A DNA stretch of 24,488 bases from a virus (lineage: Duplodnaviria; Heunggongvirae; Uroviricota; Caudoviricetes), in IMG/VR virus record IMGVR_UViG_2579779149_000006, one strand, 5' to 3'. The notes under the pieces were generated by a model, which made no database searches, was not told the DNA's origin, and was given only the letters and a program-made list of their open reading frames with translations. This document shows, one piece after another, positions 1 through 8,794 of this stretch. Position 1 is the stretch's first letter; every line of letters starts with the position of its first letter. A program made the translations under genes and the position numbers.

Positions 1-636
1 TTATTTTCGTAAAAAAATCGACGCCCTATCCGGGTTTACTTTACATAGATGAGAAAGATATAGCGCCCTTCGATTAAATTTGCCTTCAGTAAGGTCATCA
101 ATGTTTTTCCTGAATGGGTACTTAATCCGTGCAGCTATGTCAAAGTCACTAATGCTTGCATGAGCTTTGGTAAGTTTAGCTATCCCATAAGTGCCATAGC
201 CAAAGTAGCAACAGGATATATATGCTATGCAGATATCATCTGCTGTTGTTGCTTTCCTGATAAGAATGGCTAATATTTGCTCTCTTATTTTTCTTCGAAC
301 TGTTTTCTCATATCTCTTAGTTATTGTTCTAACAAACTGTTGGTCTATAGTACTTGCGCCTTGATGAATGTTTTTAAATAATCTCAGATATATAGTTCTT
401 AAAATAGCAACTGGATCAACTCCCCTGTGTAATAGTTGCCGATGATCCTCAGCCACTCTTAATATATCAATTAAAGATAAAGATATAGATCTTTCACTTA
501 TCGAACTAAGCCTTATATAATCAATACATTTATAATAATCTTCCATAATACTTTTAACCCTGAATTTAAAAACCATTTCTGCCAATAGCAAGTATGGCAA
601 TGACAGTAAGGTAATCAAAAAGCGCTTCGCTGCCAT
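1..636 (-). CDS. GT51-family (monofunctional peptidoglycan glycosyltransferase-like) membrane-anchored protein, ~211 aa
   Basis: ORF 1..672 with stop TAA at 1-3. The track start at 672 is a TTG; first in-frame ATG is at 634-636 with AGGAG 3 nt upstream. N-terminal hydrophobic anchor RFLITLLSLPYLLLA. Motifs AEDHRQLLHRGVD, GASTIDQQ, RKIREQ and YFGYGTYG match GT51 motifs (EDxxFxxHxG, GxSTIxQQ, RKxxE, glycine-rich YFG). AT-rich, unlike the flanking P2 genes. Confidence 0.6.
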   Translation of the reverse strand: MAAKRFLITLLSLPYLLLAEMVFKFRVKSIMEDYYKCIDYIRLSSISERSISLSLIDILRVAEDHRQLLHRGVDPVAILRTIYLRLFKNIHQGASTIDQQFVRTITKRYEKTVRRKIREQILAILIRKATTADDICIAYISCCYFGYGTYGIAKLTKAHASISDFDIAARIKYPFRKNIDDLTEGKFNRRALYLSHLCKVNPDRASIFLRK

Positions 637-1163
637 TTCACGTCTCCTGATGTATCTGCAGCGGTGGACCAAAATTTGCCATGCATAGCATCTGCATTCA
701 CCTTTTGGAAATACAGCAAAATGGTATAACTCCTTAACTCACCTTCCATTTTTATATTCAATGAGGCATGATTTTTCCTTAAGTAATTTCTCTTAATCAC
801 CCCTCGAACCTCTCCAATACTTCTATGCTTACCAGTGTATGGTCTTATATTATTATTGTTTTCAACGTCTTTTGTTTTCTCAATAAACCCTTCAATATTA
901 TTGTTGTCACATATTAAAGTCAGTGTATAAAACGTTTTTAAATTCAAGTAAGGATTATACGCAGATTTTAGTGTTTTACATTCAACTTCAAAGACGCCCG
1001 AAAAATTTGGTGGCGGTTTAATATATTCTTTGAATATAAAAATCAATACAGCCGCAATAAGAGTAGCAACAGCACCACTTAAGATTTGATTTGTGGAAAT
1101 AAAGGTTAGAGATGGCTCAAGCCATTCCCAAAATATGTTGAAAAAATCAGTAAATTTATTCAT
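615..1163 (-). CDS. hypothetical single-pass membrane protein, 182 aa, no recognisable domain
   Basis: ATG at 1161-1163, stop TGA at 615-617. Predicted TM helix ILSGAVATLIAAVLIFIF near the N-terminus. The 3' end overlaps the downstream GT51-like gene by 22 nt (translational coupling). AT-rich, with a 280-bp AT-rich leader at 1164-1441. Confidence 0.5.
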   Translation of the reverse strand: MNKFTDFFNIFWEWLEPSLTFISTNQILSGAVATLIAAVLIFIFKEYIKPPPNFSGVFEVECKTLKSAYNPYLNLKTFYTLTLICDNNNIEGFIEKTKDVENNNNIRPYTGKHRSIGEVRGVIKRNYLRKNHASLNIKMEGELRSYTILLYFQKVNADAMHGKFWSTAADTSGDVKWQRSAF

Positions 1164-1664
1164 AAATTTCTTTTGATAGTATGTTTTTTATATGATGTTA
1201 CATTTTTGAGAAAAAAGCAACTTCGCCGATTAAAAACTATCTCGCTGGAATTTATGGGCATCATGTTATGAATACATTCTTATCCCATAGGGAATAAAAC
1301 CCTATCTATAGAATAAAAATCCAAATTTTATCTTAATAAATCAGATAAAAGATACTTATACTACAAAGGTACTTGTGTAAGATCAAACTTTTAATCCTAT
1401 AAGTTATAGATTGAAGCAACTGTGACTTATAGTGCGCACACTTAAGAATCTCCGATGACGATGGTAGCAGGAGACAACTTTTGACAACTCACTCCTATTA
1501 CCAACTTACTGACTTGCTCCGCGTTGAGAGATTTATAGTTATGCCAGCACTGTCCGCTTCTGGCACATTGCGGAAGGGCTAACGGCCCGGAGTAAGTGAG
1601 TAACGGATGTTTGCAAGCACTCTTACTGCTGACAATGATCGCATCCAAGATAAAATAGGTGGTG

Positions 1665-2180
1665 TCAAGGTACAGGTTCACCAATATAAGTGTGTGTGCA
1701 GCAACGACATGTCACCTTAACGTCATCTCTTGTGATTGAAAGGTTTACCTGTTGCAGAATTCCATTCTCATCAACAAACAGACCTGGGTAAAAACTGCTT
1801 TCACCAATGCAGACTAAATCCCTTCGCTGATGCTCATGTAGCGCGACCAACCAGAATACCGGCTCGGTGGTATCAAGACGTCCACATACTTCGCTGAATA
1901 TTTCATTCCACGGCTTGCCAATCTCTTTGATCAGAAAATAAAACAACGGTGTGTAGTCTCGGCCACGCTTCTGTCTGCTATGCATTGTCTCGCGCTTTAC
2001 CAGTAGCTCATCTCCGACTTTTTTGCGATTTCGTTCCCACCGATACTCAGCACCCGGATTATTAGAATGGTGCCGCGTCGTCGTGTTGACGCTGCGATAT
2101 AGTTTACGGGACTTATTCTGCTGATGAATACGCATAGCTCGATCTCGTACATCCTTTCTTTTGTGGGCCAGTAGCCCCAT
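1665..2180 (-). CDS. hypothetical protein, 171 aa (uncertain; possibly a decayed gene)
   Basis: ATG at 2178-2180 with AAGG 5 nt upstream. Basic N-terminus and a CxCC cluster at the C-terminus. The 1442-2356 interval is open in three overlapping minus-strand frames, so the coding assignment is ambiguous. Confidence 0.3.
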   Translation of the reverse strand: MGLLAHKRKDVRDRAMRIHQQNKSRKLYRSVNTTTRHHSNNPGAEYRWERNRKKVGDELLVKRETMHSRQKRGRDYTPLFYFLIKEIGKPWNEIFSEVCGRLDTTEPVFWLVALHEHQRRDLVCIGESSFYPGLFVDENGILQQVNLSITRDDVKVTCRCCTHTYIGEPVP

Positions 2181-2366
2181 TCAGACCTTGTGTTACTGTA
2201 TAAAAAATGAACACCCTTAAAGGCTGTATCATTCTGCTCAAATACCATCCTACTGACAACTACCAAAGGTCGGATTCTGGCACGGAGCGGACAATCAAGT
2301 AGAACTGAAGGCCCGCTATGTGCGAAAACAGACAGACACAGATTGATCACAAACATACCTGAACCA

Positions 2367-3296
2367 TCAGGATTTTATATCCTTGTGTGGCTCTAATCCT
2401 TCAGAAAGGACTTTATCAAATGCAGCATATTGCCTTTGTAATTTACTTTCACATTCATACAGACTCTTTAAACTAACATCATCCATAGATTGAAAGAGTC
2501 TTTTGTTATCAACTAAATAGGAGTATGCATTAAAAATAGAAACATCCATTATATCTTTCAGTTCTTCATCAGATAGTTTAGTCTTTTTACTTAAATGCTT
2601 AATCACATGTGACTGCAATGCATTTGCGCGAACCATGGCGGGAGGATATTTGCTATTCTTCCCTTCCAATTTACATAGAAAATTAAAGAAAAAAAATATT
2701 GATGTTAAAGATAAACTAACAAGTGTTTTCTCTTCTATTTTTTTCTCCGGGGCCTTTTTTATTGTATTTAAGACGACATCTGCAACAAAGTATGCTGAGA
2801 ATACATCTGCATCATACTCCATTAATGTTTTAATCTGATCTTCACTAAAATCTTCATCGACTACATTGTACCCCATTGAATAAACTTGGTAATCACCAAT
2901 CAGGTTTATTTCTTTACTTTTGGCTAATGATAAGTGTCCACGAGCGACATGTCCAAGTTCATGACCGAAAATATGGTGCCAAATAAAGACACACCCTAAC
3001 GCAACTGGAGCTTCCTTTTCTTTCAAGTCAGGGTATTCTCTCATGAAGAATTCTATATTTTCAGAAAGAATGTCAAACGTTATTGGTATCAACCCACTCA
3101 ATAAAATAATATGGAAATTATTGTCTTTTTTTTGTGCGTGAGCATTAAGGTTAAAATCGTCCTTAATGTGCAGAGCTATTTTTTTACCATCCTCTTCAAT
3201 AGCGGAGTTTATCTCTATCAATCCTTTTTTGAAGGTATCGTAAACAGGCAAGAAAAAACCACTTTCTATTTTCGAAATTTCATCACGGGTCATCAT
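2367..3296 (-). CDS. M78 (ImmA/IrrE-like, DUF955) zinc-metallopeptidase-domain protein, 309 aa
   Basis: Tandem ATG at 3291-3296 with AAGGTGG SD 5 nt upstream. HExxH motif in FGHELGHVARGH plus a downstream acidic/aromatic motif EYDADVFSAYFV, resembling the ImmA/IrrE third ligand region. Strongly AT-rich, with a poly-A/T tract inside the gene. Confidence 0.6.
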   Translation of the reverse strand: MMTRDEISKIESGFFLPVYDTFKKGLIEINSAIEEDGKKIALHIKDDFNLNAHAQKKDNNFHIILLSGLIPITFDILSENIEFFMREYPDLKEKEAPVALGCVFIWHHIFGHELGHVARGHLSLAKSKEINLIGDYQVYSMGYNVVDEDFSEDQIKTLMEYDADVFSAYFVADVVLNTIKKAPEKKIEEKTLVSLSLTSIFFFFNFLCKLEGKNSKYPPAMVRANALQSHVIKHLSKKTKLSDEELKDIMDVSIFNAYSYLVDNKRLFQSMDDVSLKSLYECESKLQRQYAAFDKVLSEGLEPHKDIKS

Positions 3297-3495
3297 ATTT
3301 CCACCTTTAACATGAAATCTAATTCTAATTGATAGGTCTACTTAGTTTCGCTCATTGTACTATTTTATTAAAGTGGGTTGAAGGTTACATTTTTATATAG
3401 CATGTCTACTGTCCCTTTGTGGCACAGAGCGGACTGTCAGATTAGTTTTTACTCTGTGCCATAGATGAGTAATCTCACACCAGATCTAATACGAT

Positions 3496-4074
3496 TTATT
3501 GTGGCATTTCAGGCCATTCTATATCCGGAGCATCTTCCGGCTGAACGCGATTCAGTAGCACACGGTATTTTTTCCAGTGTGTCAGACTTAACTTTTCTTC
3601 CTCGGTAGCCATATCTAAATCGACAGCATCCTGCAGCGTGGCAATAATTTCACCTGCATATGCAATCAGCTCTTTCTTCTGAGAGTCAGCCGCTCTGACA
3701 AGCGCATCACGCTCTGCATTCTCATCATTCACCCACGCATTTCCGTTCCATTTCTGATAATCCCCATCCGGGGAAATGGCTGTCACGTCTGGAGGTAATG
3801 CGCCAAGTTCAGAAATATAAATGGCTGCTCCTGTTTTTGTTTCATAGACAGTCTTTCCACGATGGTCTTCCACCAGATCCCATTTCATTTCATCTGCATT
3901 GAAAACGGCGGCAAAACCCACCGGAATATCTGGAGGTGCAATGTCTGTACTGTTTGCAGGAAGACCTGTATGCGGCGGAATATATGCGTCACTTTCGCCA
4001 ATAAATTCATTGGTTCCATCAAGTAAATTGAAAACGCGGATAGTTTGTGTCTCTGCACTCATTCTGAAAGTCAT
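3496..4074 (-). CDS. G: tail fibre assembly chaperone (P2 gpG-like), 192 aa
   Basis: ATG at 4072-4074 overlaps the H stop (TAATG). Lies immediately downstream of the tail fibre gene. Sequence has typical Tfa features (N-terminal MxxxMSAET... and WNGNAWV). Confidence 0.85.
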   Translation of the reverse strand: MTFRMSAETQTIRVFNLLDGTNEFIGESDAYIPPHTGLPANSTDIAPPDIPVGFAAVFNADEMKWDLVEDHRGKTVYETKTGAAIYISELGALPPDVTAISPDGDYQKWNGNAWVNDENAERDALVRAADSQKKELIAYAGEIIATLQDAVDLDMATEEEKLSLTHWKKYRVLLNRVQPEDAPDIEWPEMPQ

Positions 4075-5849
4075 TATGCCAGCCTCACAATATAGTTATA
4101 CGCAACGTTTTTTACGGTGTTCTCTGAATTACCTGTGGCACTTACAGTGACGGTATGACTATGCGCGCCAATCGCAATGGAATGGCTGTGAGCACCAATG
4201 CCAACCGTGTGATTATGCTGACCAATGTCGACTGTATGGGCGTGTGCTCCCGCAGAGCTTGACACCTGGTTGGTTCCTGATACCTGTACGCGTTGTTTAC
4301 CCCCGATGGAGTCACCACCGTAACGACCACCGACAGTGTGTGTATGCGCTCCCGTATTGTTTGTCGTTTTTGTGCCGTGGTTAAACGTGCTGACCGTTTT
4401 TGTCCCGTAATCAAACGAACTGGTTGTTTTCGTCCCTAAATCCGTACTGGATGCACTGGCACTGTGGGTATGTGATTTAATTCCGTCCTGTTCCTGTGAT
4501 AATACGGCGCGACCACTGGCGGGTTTGCCCTTGATTGTCCAGCCGCGCATATCTGGAATCACCCCTGACGGATAAGCTACTGCAAGCAGGGGATAGGCTG
4601 CTTTATCAAAAGTCTGCCCCTGCATCAGGGCATAGCCTGTAGGTACTGAATCAGAAGGCCACGGGATTGGAGCACCTACCGGAAAGTTGTTGTACCCGTC
4701 ATGATGAATCAACTTCCAGCCTTTAAAAACACCTGCGCAAACTGCCGCAAAACCGATTACATCTCCATTAAAATCAATGCCAATAACAGTATTGTATCCC
4801 TGAGTATTGCTGTGTGCAGAGTTGATGTAGTGCTTCCAGGTGTGTCCTCCAGGCATTCCATTCTTTGCTGAGGAAGCATTAAAAAAGCCACCACGCGTAC
4901 GTAAATCAGTAGCAATATCACTTATATTTTCGGCGTACTCATTTAATCCCGCTCCTTTAGGTACTCGCTTGTTTGCATTGTCATTAGCAGCTTTCACTGC
5001 TTTCGGAGTCGCGGCAAGCGTTTCAGAATCGCTGTTGGTGGCACTACTTAGCTGGACAAGCCCTTTTCGTGCCGTGGTGGCGTCCTGTGCGGTGTATTTG
5101 CCATTAGCAAGGTCATATGCTGTCTTAACCGCCTTTGGCGTTGCTGCGAGCGTCTCAGATTCGCTGTTGGTGGCACTACTTAGCTGAACAAGACCTTTTC
5201 GCCCCGTGCTGGCGTCCTGAGCGGTATATTTTCCGTTAGCAAGGTCATACGCTGCCTTAACCGCCTTCGGCGTTGCGGCCAGCGTTTCAGATTCACTATT
5301 GGTCGCGCTGCTTAACTGAGTAAAACCTTTTGCAGTCAGTGAGGCGTCCGGATGGCGTCGTGACTGTTCGTGCTCTGCAATTTTGTCATCAACGTAATCC
5401 TGCGTCGCCATCACCGTTGTGGTGTCGATGGTCAGATCCACTGAGGCCACACTGCTGACGATAATGACCATGCGGCAGGTCTGCGAACGTCCTGAGCCTT
5501 CGGCAAGGGCAGGCTTATAACTTTCGGCCATGTTCGCCACGGCAATTAACGCACCGGTATCATCGTACAGACCAAGTTCACGCATCCAGAAACCGCCCAC
5601 CTCCGGCGGGATGACCAGCTCTGCGATAATATAATTACTGTGTCGATTGTCCTGACTGATTTTATTCAGGGCATGTCGCCAGACCTCATTAACAAGTTTT
5701 GTCTGTCCGGCATCCGGCACCGGCAATTGACCGCCACCGTCCCCGACGGCCATCGTGGTAATGTTGACCTTCCTGCCTCCCGGTGCAGTCGCCGCTGCCA
5801 GCTTTGCTGCACCGGCGGTAGTGATAACGGTTTGGAACTTTACGCTCAT
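4074..5849 (-). CDS. H: tail fibre protein (P2 gpH-like), 591 aa
   Basis: ATG at 5847-5849. Internal 44-aa repeats ([36 protein letters not shown]). C-terminal block GAPIPWPSD...[32 protein letters not shown] and repeated HxH motifs (GAHAHTV, GAHSHS), ending NYIVRLA, as in P2 H. Confidence 0.9.
   Translation of the reverse strand: MSVKFQTVITTAGAAKLAAATAPGGRKVNITTMAVGDGGGQLPVPDAGQTKLVNEVWRHALNKISQDNRHSNYIIAELVIPPEVGGFWMRELGLYDDTGALIAVANMAESYKPALAEGSGRSQTCRMVIIVSSVASVDLTIDTTTVMATQDYVDDKIAEHEQSRRHPDASLTAKGFTQLSSATNSESETLAATPKAVKAAYDLANGKYTAQDASTGRKGLVQLSSATNSESETLAATPKAVKTAYDLANGKYTAQDATTARKGLVQLSSATNSDSETLAATPKAVKAANDNANKRVPKGAGLNEYAENISDIATDLRTRGGFFNASSAKNGMPGGHTWKHYINSAHSNTQGYNTVIGIDFNGDVIGFAAVCAGVFKGWKLIHHDGYNNFPVGAPIPWPSDSVPTGYALMQGQTFDKAAYPLLAVAYPSGVIPDMRGWTIKGKPASGRAVLSQEQDGIKSHTHSASASSTDLGTKTTSSFDYGTKTVSTFNHGTKTTNNTGAHTHTVGGRYGGDSIGGKQRVQVSGTNQVSSSAGAHAHTVDIGQHNHTVGIGAHSHSIAIGAHSHTVTVSATGNSENTVKNVAYNYIVRLA
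4965..5330 (-). repeat. about 132-bp tandem repeat (about 2.75 copies) inside the tail fibre gene, encoding the 44-aa fibre repeat
   Basis: Protein repeats at residues about 174-217, 218-261 and 262-295 of H. Near-identical DNA blocks are visible around 5040, 5172 and 5304. Confidence 0.7.
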
Positions 5850-5859
5850 TATTCCTCAC

Positions 5860-6390
5860 TTATCCTGGGTAAACCGTAATAACATCGCCGTCATAAGCCA
5901 CACCACCGGCAAACAGATAACCGGGGATGTCCTGGGTAATATTCAGACCAATAAGGTGACGACTTGCAGGTTTGGCATCGGCAATCAGCCGTTCCATTTC
6001 CAGATACATCTCCTCCGTGATGCCGCTTTCCAGTACGCCGATATCAAGCCGGAAGGTGCCGGGCGGGTCGCTGTTTTCCCACCACTCCGTCACGTTGATG
6101 AGATAGCCGAGCGGCTCCACCACACGGCGAATCGCACCAATAGTGCCCTTATGGCAGTGAATGAAATACGCATCGCGGATAACGGCGCGTTTTGTCGCTT
6201 CCGGCCACTTTTCATCCCAGCGGTCAACCGAAAATGACCACGCCAGCCACGGCAGCAGATTTGCCGGACAGGTGTCCGGGTTCCACAGCTCACGAATACT
6301 GACCGGCGTTTTTTCAATTTCCGCACAGGCTTTTGCGGCGGCAACTTCAAGCGGTGATGAGCCTGTCGGCAGCAGTCGCGAATCATTCAT
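5860..6390 (-). CDS. I: baseplate/tail protein (P2 gpI-like), 176 aa
   Basis: ATG at 6388-6390, stop TAA at 5860-5862. Size and position (between J and H) match P2 I. Confidence 0.85.
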   Translation of the reverse strand: MNDSRLLPTGSSPLEVAAAKACAEIEKTPVSIRELWNPDTCPANLLPWLAWSFSVDRWDEKWPEATKRAVIRDAYFIHCHKGTIGAIRRVVEPLGYLINVTEWWENSDPPGTFRLDIGVLESGITEEMYLEMERLIADAKPASRHLIGLNITQDIPGYLFAGGVAYDGDVITVYPG

Positions 6391-7291
6391 CCGAGCCTCC
6401 GGTCACGACGCTGTATTCGGTACAGAAAGACGCCTGCGTACTGTTGAGCACGATGTCGGCCAGTGGTGCAGCCAGTTCGACACGCTGCACGCCTTCCACA
6501 TGCAAAGCGGCATAAATGGCAGACAGACGGATGTCGCGCCCCAGCCGGTGCTGTGCCGTGATATACGCTTCCAGTTCTTTCACGGCGGCCGCGCGAATGG
6601 GTTCTCTTTCAGGACCAGGGTAAAGGTAAAGCGTGGCGTTTATCTGGTATTCAACGATGGCAGCAGACTGCACGTTCACACGATCGGCCACCGGTCTGAC
6701 GTCCTCGCCATTAAGGGCGTTACGCACCACAGCCAGCAGGTCTTCGGATGCGACACCGTTATTTTCACGTGACAGCACAGAGATGGTGACACAGGCCGGA
6801 GACGGACTGGTGACAGAGATATCCGCGACACGCCCGTCGGCACTGCGACCATGATACTGATAGGCGCCCACCGACCCGGCGACGCTTAAACCTTCAAACG
6901 CCTGCTGAATACGCAGACGATAATCCGTGTCAGATTCCATCACTGCCGGTGTCGGCGGGATGGTCGAATCATCTGCCGGGGTGATAATCAGGCGCGCGGT
7001 GTTGTAATTGGCACCAATCACATCAAGGTCATTACCAGCGGCACAGGCCAGCATCACCGCCCGTGCGGCCTCATTCACACGCTGACGCCAGATAAGCTCA
7101 CGATAAGCATTTTCCTCCAGCAGTTTGACGAGAGGCTCGGATTCCAGCGTCAGGGTACGGGCAACCGCCTCCTGCTGGTCTTCCGGGTAAAGGGAAATCA
7201 GTGTCGCCTTGCGTTCGGCAAGAATGGTTTCAAAGTCCAGCTCCTCGACCACATCCGGTGCGGGTAGCTGGTTCAGGTCGATAATCGGCAT
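6383..7291 (-). CDS. J: baseplate assembly protein J (P2 gpJ-like), 302 aa
   Basis: ATG at 7289-7291. Overlaps the I start by 8 nt. Size and synteny match P2 J. Confidence 0.88.
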   Translation of the reverse strand: MPIIDLNQLPAPDVVEELDFETILAERKATLISLYPEDQQEAVARTLTLESEPLVKLLEENAYRELIWRQRVNEAARAVMLACAAGNDLDVIGANYNTARLIITPADDSTIPPTPAVMESDTDYRLRIQQAFEGLSVAGSVGAYQYHGRSADGRVADISVTSPSPACVTISVLSRENNGVASEDLLAVVRNALNGEDVRPVADRVNVQSAAIVEYQINATLYLYPGPEREPIRAAAVKELEAYITAQHRLGRDIRLSAIYAALHVEGVQRVELAAPLADIVLNSTQASFCTEYSVVTGGSDE

Positions 7292-7295
7292 GGTT

Positions 7296-7643
7296 TCAAC
7301 TCACAGGGATGGTTAACGAAAGTTGCTGGCCGGTGTCGTTGTGCTGGCCGTTTAACGTAACTGTCATTCGCCCGTCAAAACTGCGCTCAGTGGTGACGGA
7401 TGACAGGGTGACGCGGGGTTCCCATTTCAGCACCGCCATGTAACAGGCGACCTTAATCTGCAACTCAAGCGCCGGGGTCTGCGGCTGGTCAATCATTGAC
7501 GCCAGCAACGAGCCGTAATCACGACGCATCACCCGTGAGCCGACCGGTGTGCGCAGGATATCGCCGATACTCTGGCTGATATGCTCAAGGTCAGTGACAG
7601 TCAGGCCATCACTGCAATTCATTCCGAGATAACGCGCTGTCAT
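7296..7643 (-). CDS. W: baseplate protein W (gp25/GPW family), 115 aa
   Basis: ATG at 7641-7643 overlaps the V stop (ATGA). 115 aa, as P2 W. Confidence 0.85.
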   Translation of the reverse strand: MTARYLGMNCSDGLTVTDLEHISQSIGDILRTPVGSRVMRRDYGSLLASMIDQPQTPALELQIKVACYMAVLKWEPRVTLSSVTTERSFDGRMTVTLNGQHNDTGQQLSLTIPVS

Positions 7644-8275
7644 AGAGGACTCCCGGTTGTGCCGCCGCTGTCGCCGGGGTGTTTATGGGTATGCAGCACC
7701 TTACCGTTTGATGAGAGTTCACCACCGGTGTGTTCAATGTTGCCGCGCATCGTCCCACCCTTCTGCACTTCCAGCGTGCCGGTAGTCAGTTTGTTAGTGC
7801 AGACCACCTCCGGTGTGTCCAGGGTGACGCGGGTTGATGCTTTCACCATGACCACCGGCACCGTGGCAGTAACAGAATCAGAAGCCGTCACGCTGGCCGT
7901 TTTAATTCCGCTTACCGTGAGTGCACTGGTTTCGGGTTCATACTCAATCACCGCCCCGTCAGGGAAACGGATATGCAGGGCATCCGCCGACGCAGACGGC
8001 GCGGGGTTATCGCCGGAATAAATCCCCGGCAGAACGAACGCCGTGTCGAGTTCACCGCCCACAGCCAGAATCAGCACCTGTTCCCCCACGGAAGGTGCCC
8101 ACCATGTGCGCGAACGTCCGGCACGATGGGTCAGCCACTGAAGCCAGTCGGTGCACATGCCGCCGGTCTGCACACGGCAGCGACCGGCGTTAAGGTCGGT
8201 TTCGACGATAATGCCGGTGCGGATCATGTTGCGCAGTGCGCGCGCGAGTTCCTGAATATTTGCGAGAGTGTTCAT
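7640..8275 (-). CDS. V: baseplate spike protein V, 211 aa
   Basis: ATG at 8273-8275. 211 aa, as P2 V. C-terminal HxH region (HTHKHPGDSGGTTGSP) is typical of the spike tip. Confidence 0.85.
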   Translation of the reverse strand: MNTLANIQELARALRNMIRTGIIVETDLNAGRCRVQTGGMCTDWLQWLTHRAGRSRTWWAPSVGEQVLILAVGGELDTAFVLPGIYSGDNPAPSASADALHIRFPDGAVIEYEPETSALTVSGIKTASVTASDSVTATVPVVMVKASTRVTLDTPEVVCTNKLTTGTLEVQKGGTMRGNIEHTGGELSSNGKVLHTHKHPGDSGGTTGSPL

Positions 8276-8341
8276 AACGGGAAGGATGCCGCCGGGTCAT
8301 ACCGGCGGCAATGTGACGATGAGGTGTCAGGAATGGCACAA

Positions 8342-8794
8342 CTAACGGTCGAGGTGAGCCAGAATAATCTCTTCAATCATCTGCACATCCTCACCGGTAA
8401 AGCCGAGCAGAGGACGCGCCGGATAATCAATTTTCTTACCGTCTTTCCGGGTTTCTTCCGACAGACCGAACTGATGCACGCTGGCGATTTTCGGTGACTT
8501 CCCGCCGTAAAACTCCATTGATGCCTGTTCCGGGCTGGCGTGGATATGCAAAAAACGACTGGTGATAAGTTTCGCAAACATTTTTCGCTTAACACGACCA
8601 GTCTTTTTTCTGGCGCTCTGCTGCTGGCGTGGCGCGTAGGGTGTGCCGTCCGGGGCTTTCTGAGCCATCACCCGACGCTGCTGACTCTGCCGCAGACGCT
8701 TCGCCAGCTCTGCACTCAGCCGCCGACGCCCTGACGGTGACAGCGACTCAATAAGTCCGGTCAGCCGGTCTTCAAAACGCTTAAACTCATTCAT
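8342..8794 (-). CDS. S: tail completion protein S, 150 aa
   Basis: ATG at 8792-8794, stop TAG at 8342-8344. 150 aa, as P2 S. Overlaps the R stop. Confidence 0.8.
   Translation of the reverse strand: MNEFKRFEDRLTGLIESLSPSGRRRLSAELAKRLRQSQQRRVMAQKAPDGTPYAPRQQQSARKKTGRVKRKMFAKLITSRFLHIHASPEQASMEFYGGKSPKIASVHQFGLSEETRKDGKKIDYPARPLLGFTGEDVQMIEEIILAHLDR

Noticed and set aside
1442-2356. The 80-aa (1442-1684) and 119-aa (1997-2356) minus-strand ORFs as independent genes
   Set aside because: Both overlap the 171-aa frame, lack convincing start and RBS, and look non-protein-like. They are treated as part of one ambiguous block rather than separate genes.
2278-3434. Shared 15-mer TGGCAC(A/G)GAGCGGAC at 2278-2292 and 3420-3434, each just upstream (minus-strand sense) of an accessory gene, and resembling the sigma-54 -24/-12 element
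   Set aside because: A 14/15 match is expected by chance about ten times in a 24-kb window. The GG-to-GC spacing is about 6 nt, not the about 10 nt needed for a sigma-54 promoter. Kept only as a weak note.
3420-3461. 10-bp inverted repeat TGGCACAGAG / CTCTGTGCCA with a 22-nt loop downstream of G
   Set aside because: No T-run on either strand, so it is not an intrinsic terminator. A 10-bp inverted repeat within 40 bp is roughly expected once by chance at this length.
8276-8341. Ogr-type late promoter activator site (TGT-N12-ACA) upstream of V and in the O/P intergenic region
   Set aside because: Only imperfect candidates (for example TGT-N12-TCA near 8312) were found. I could not place a site confidently by eye, so none is called as a feature.
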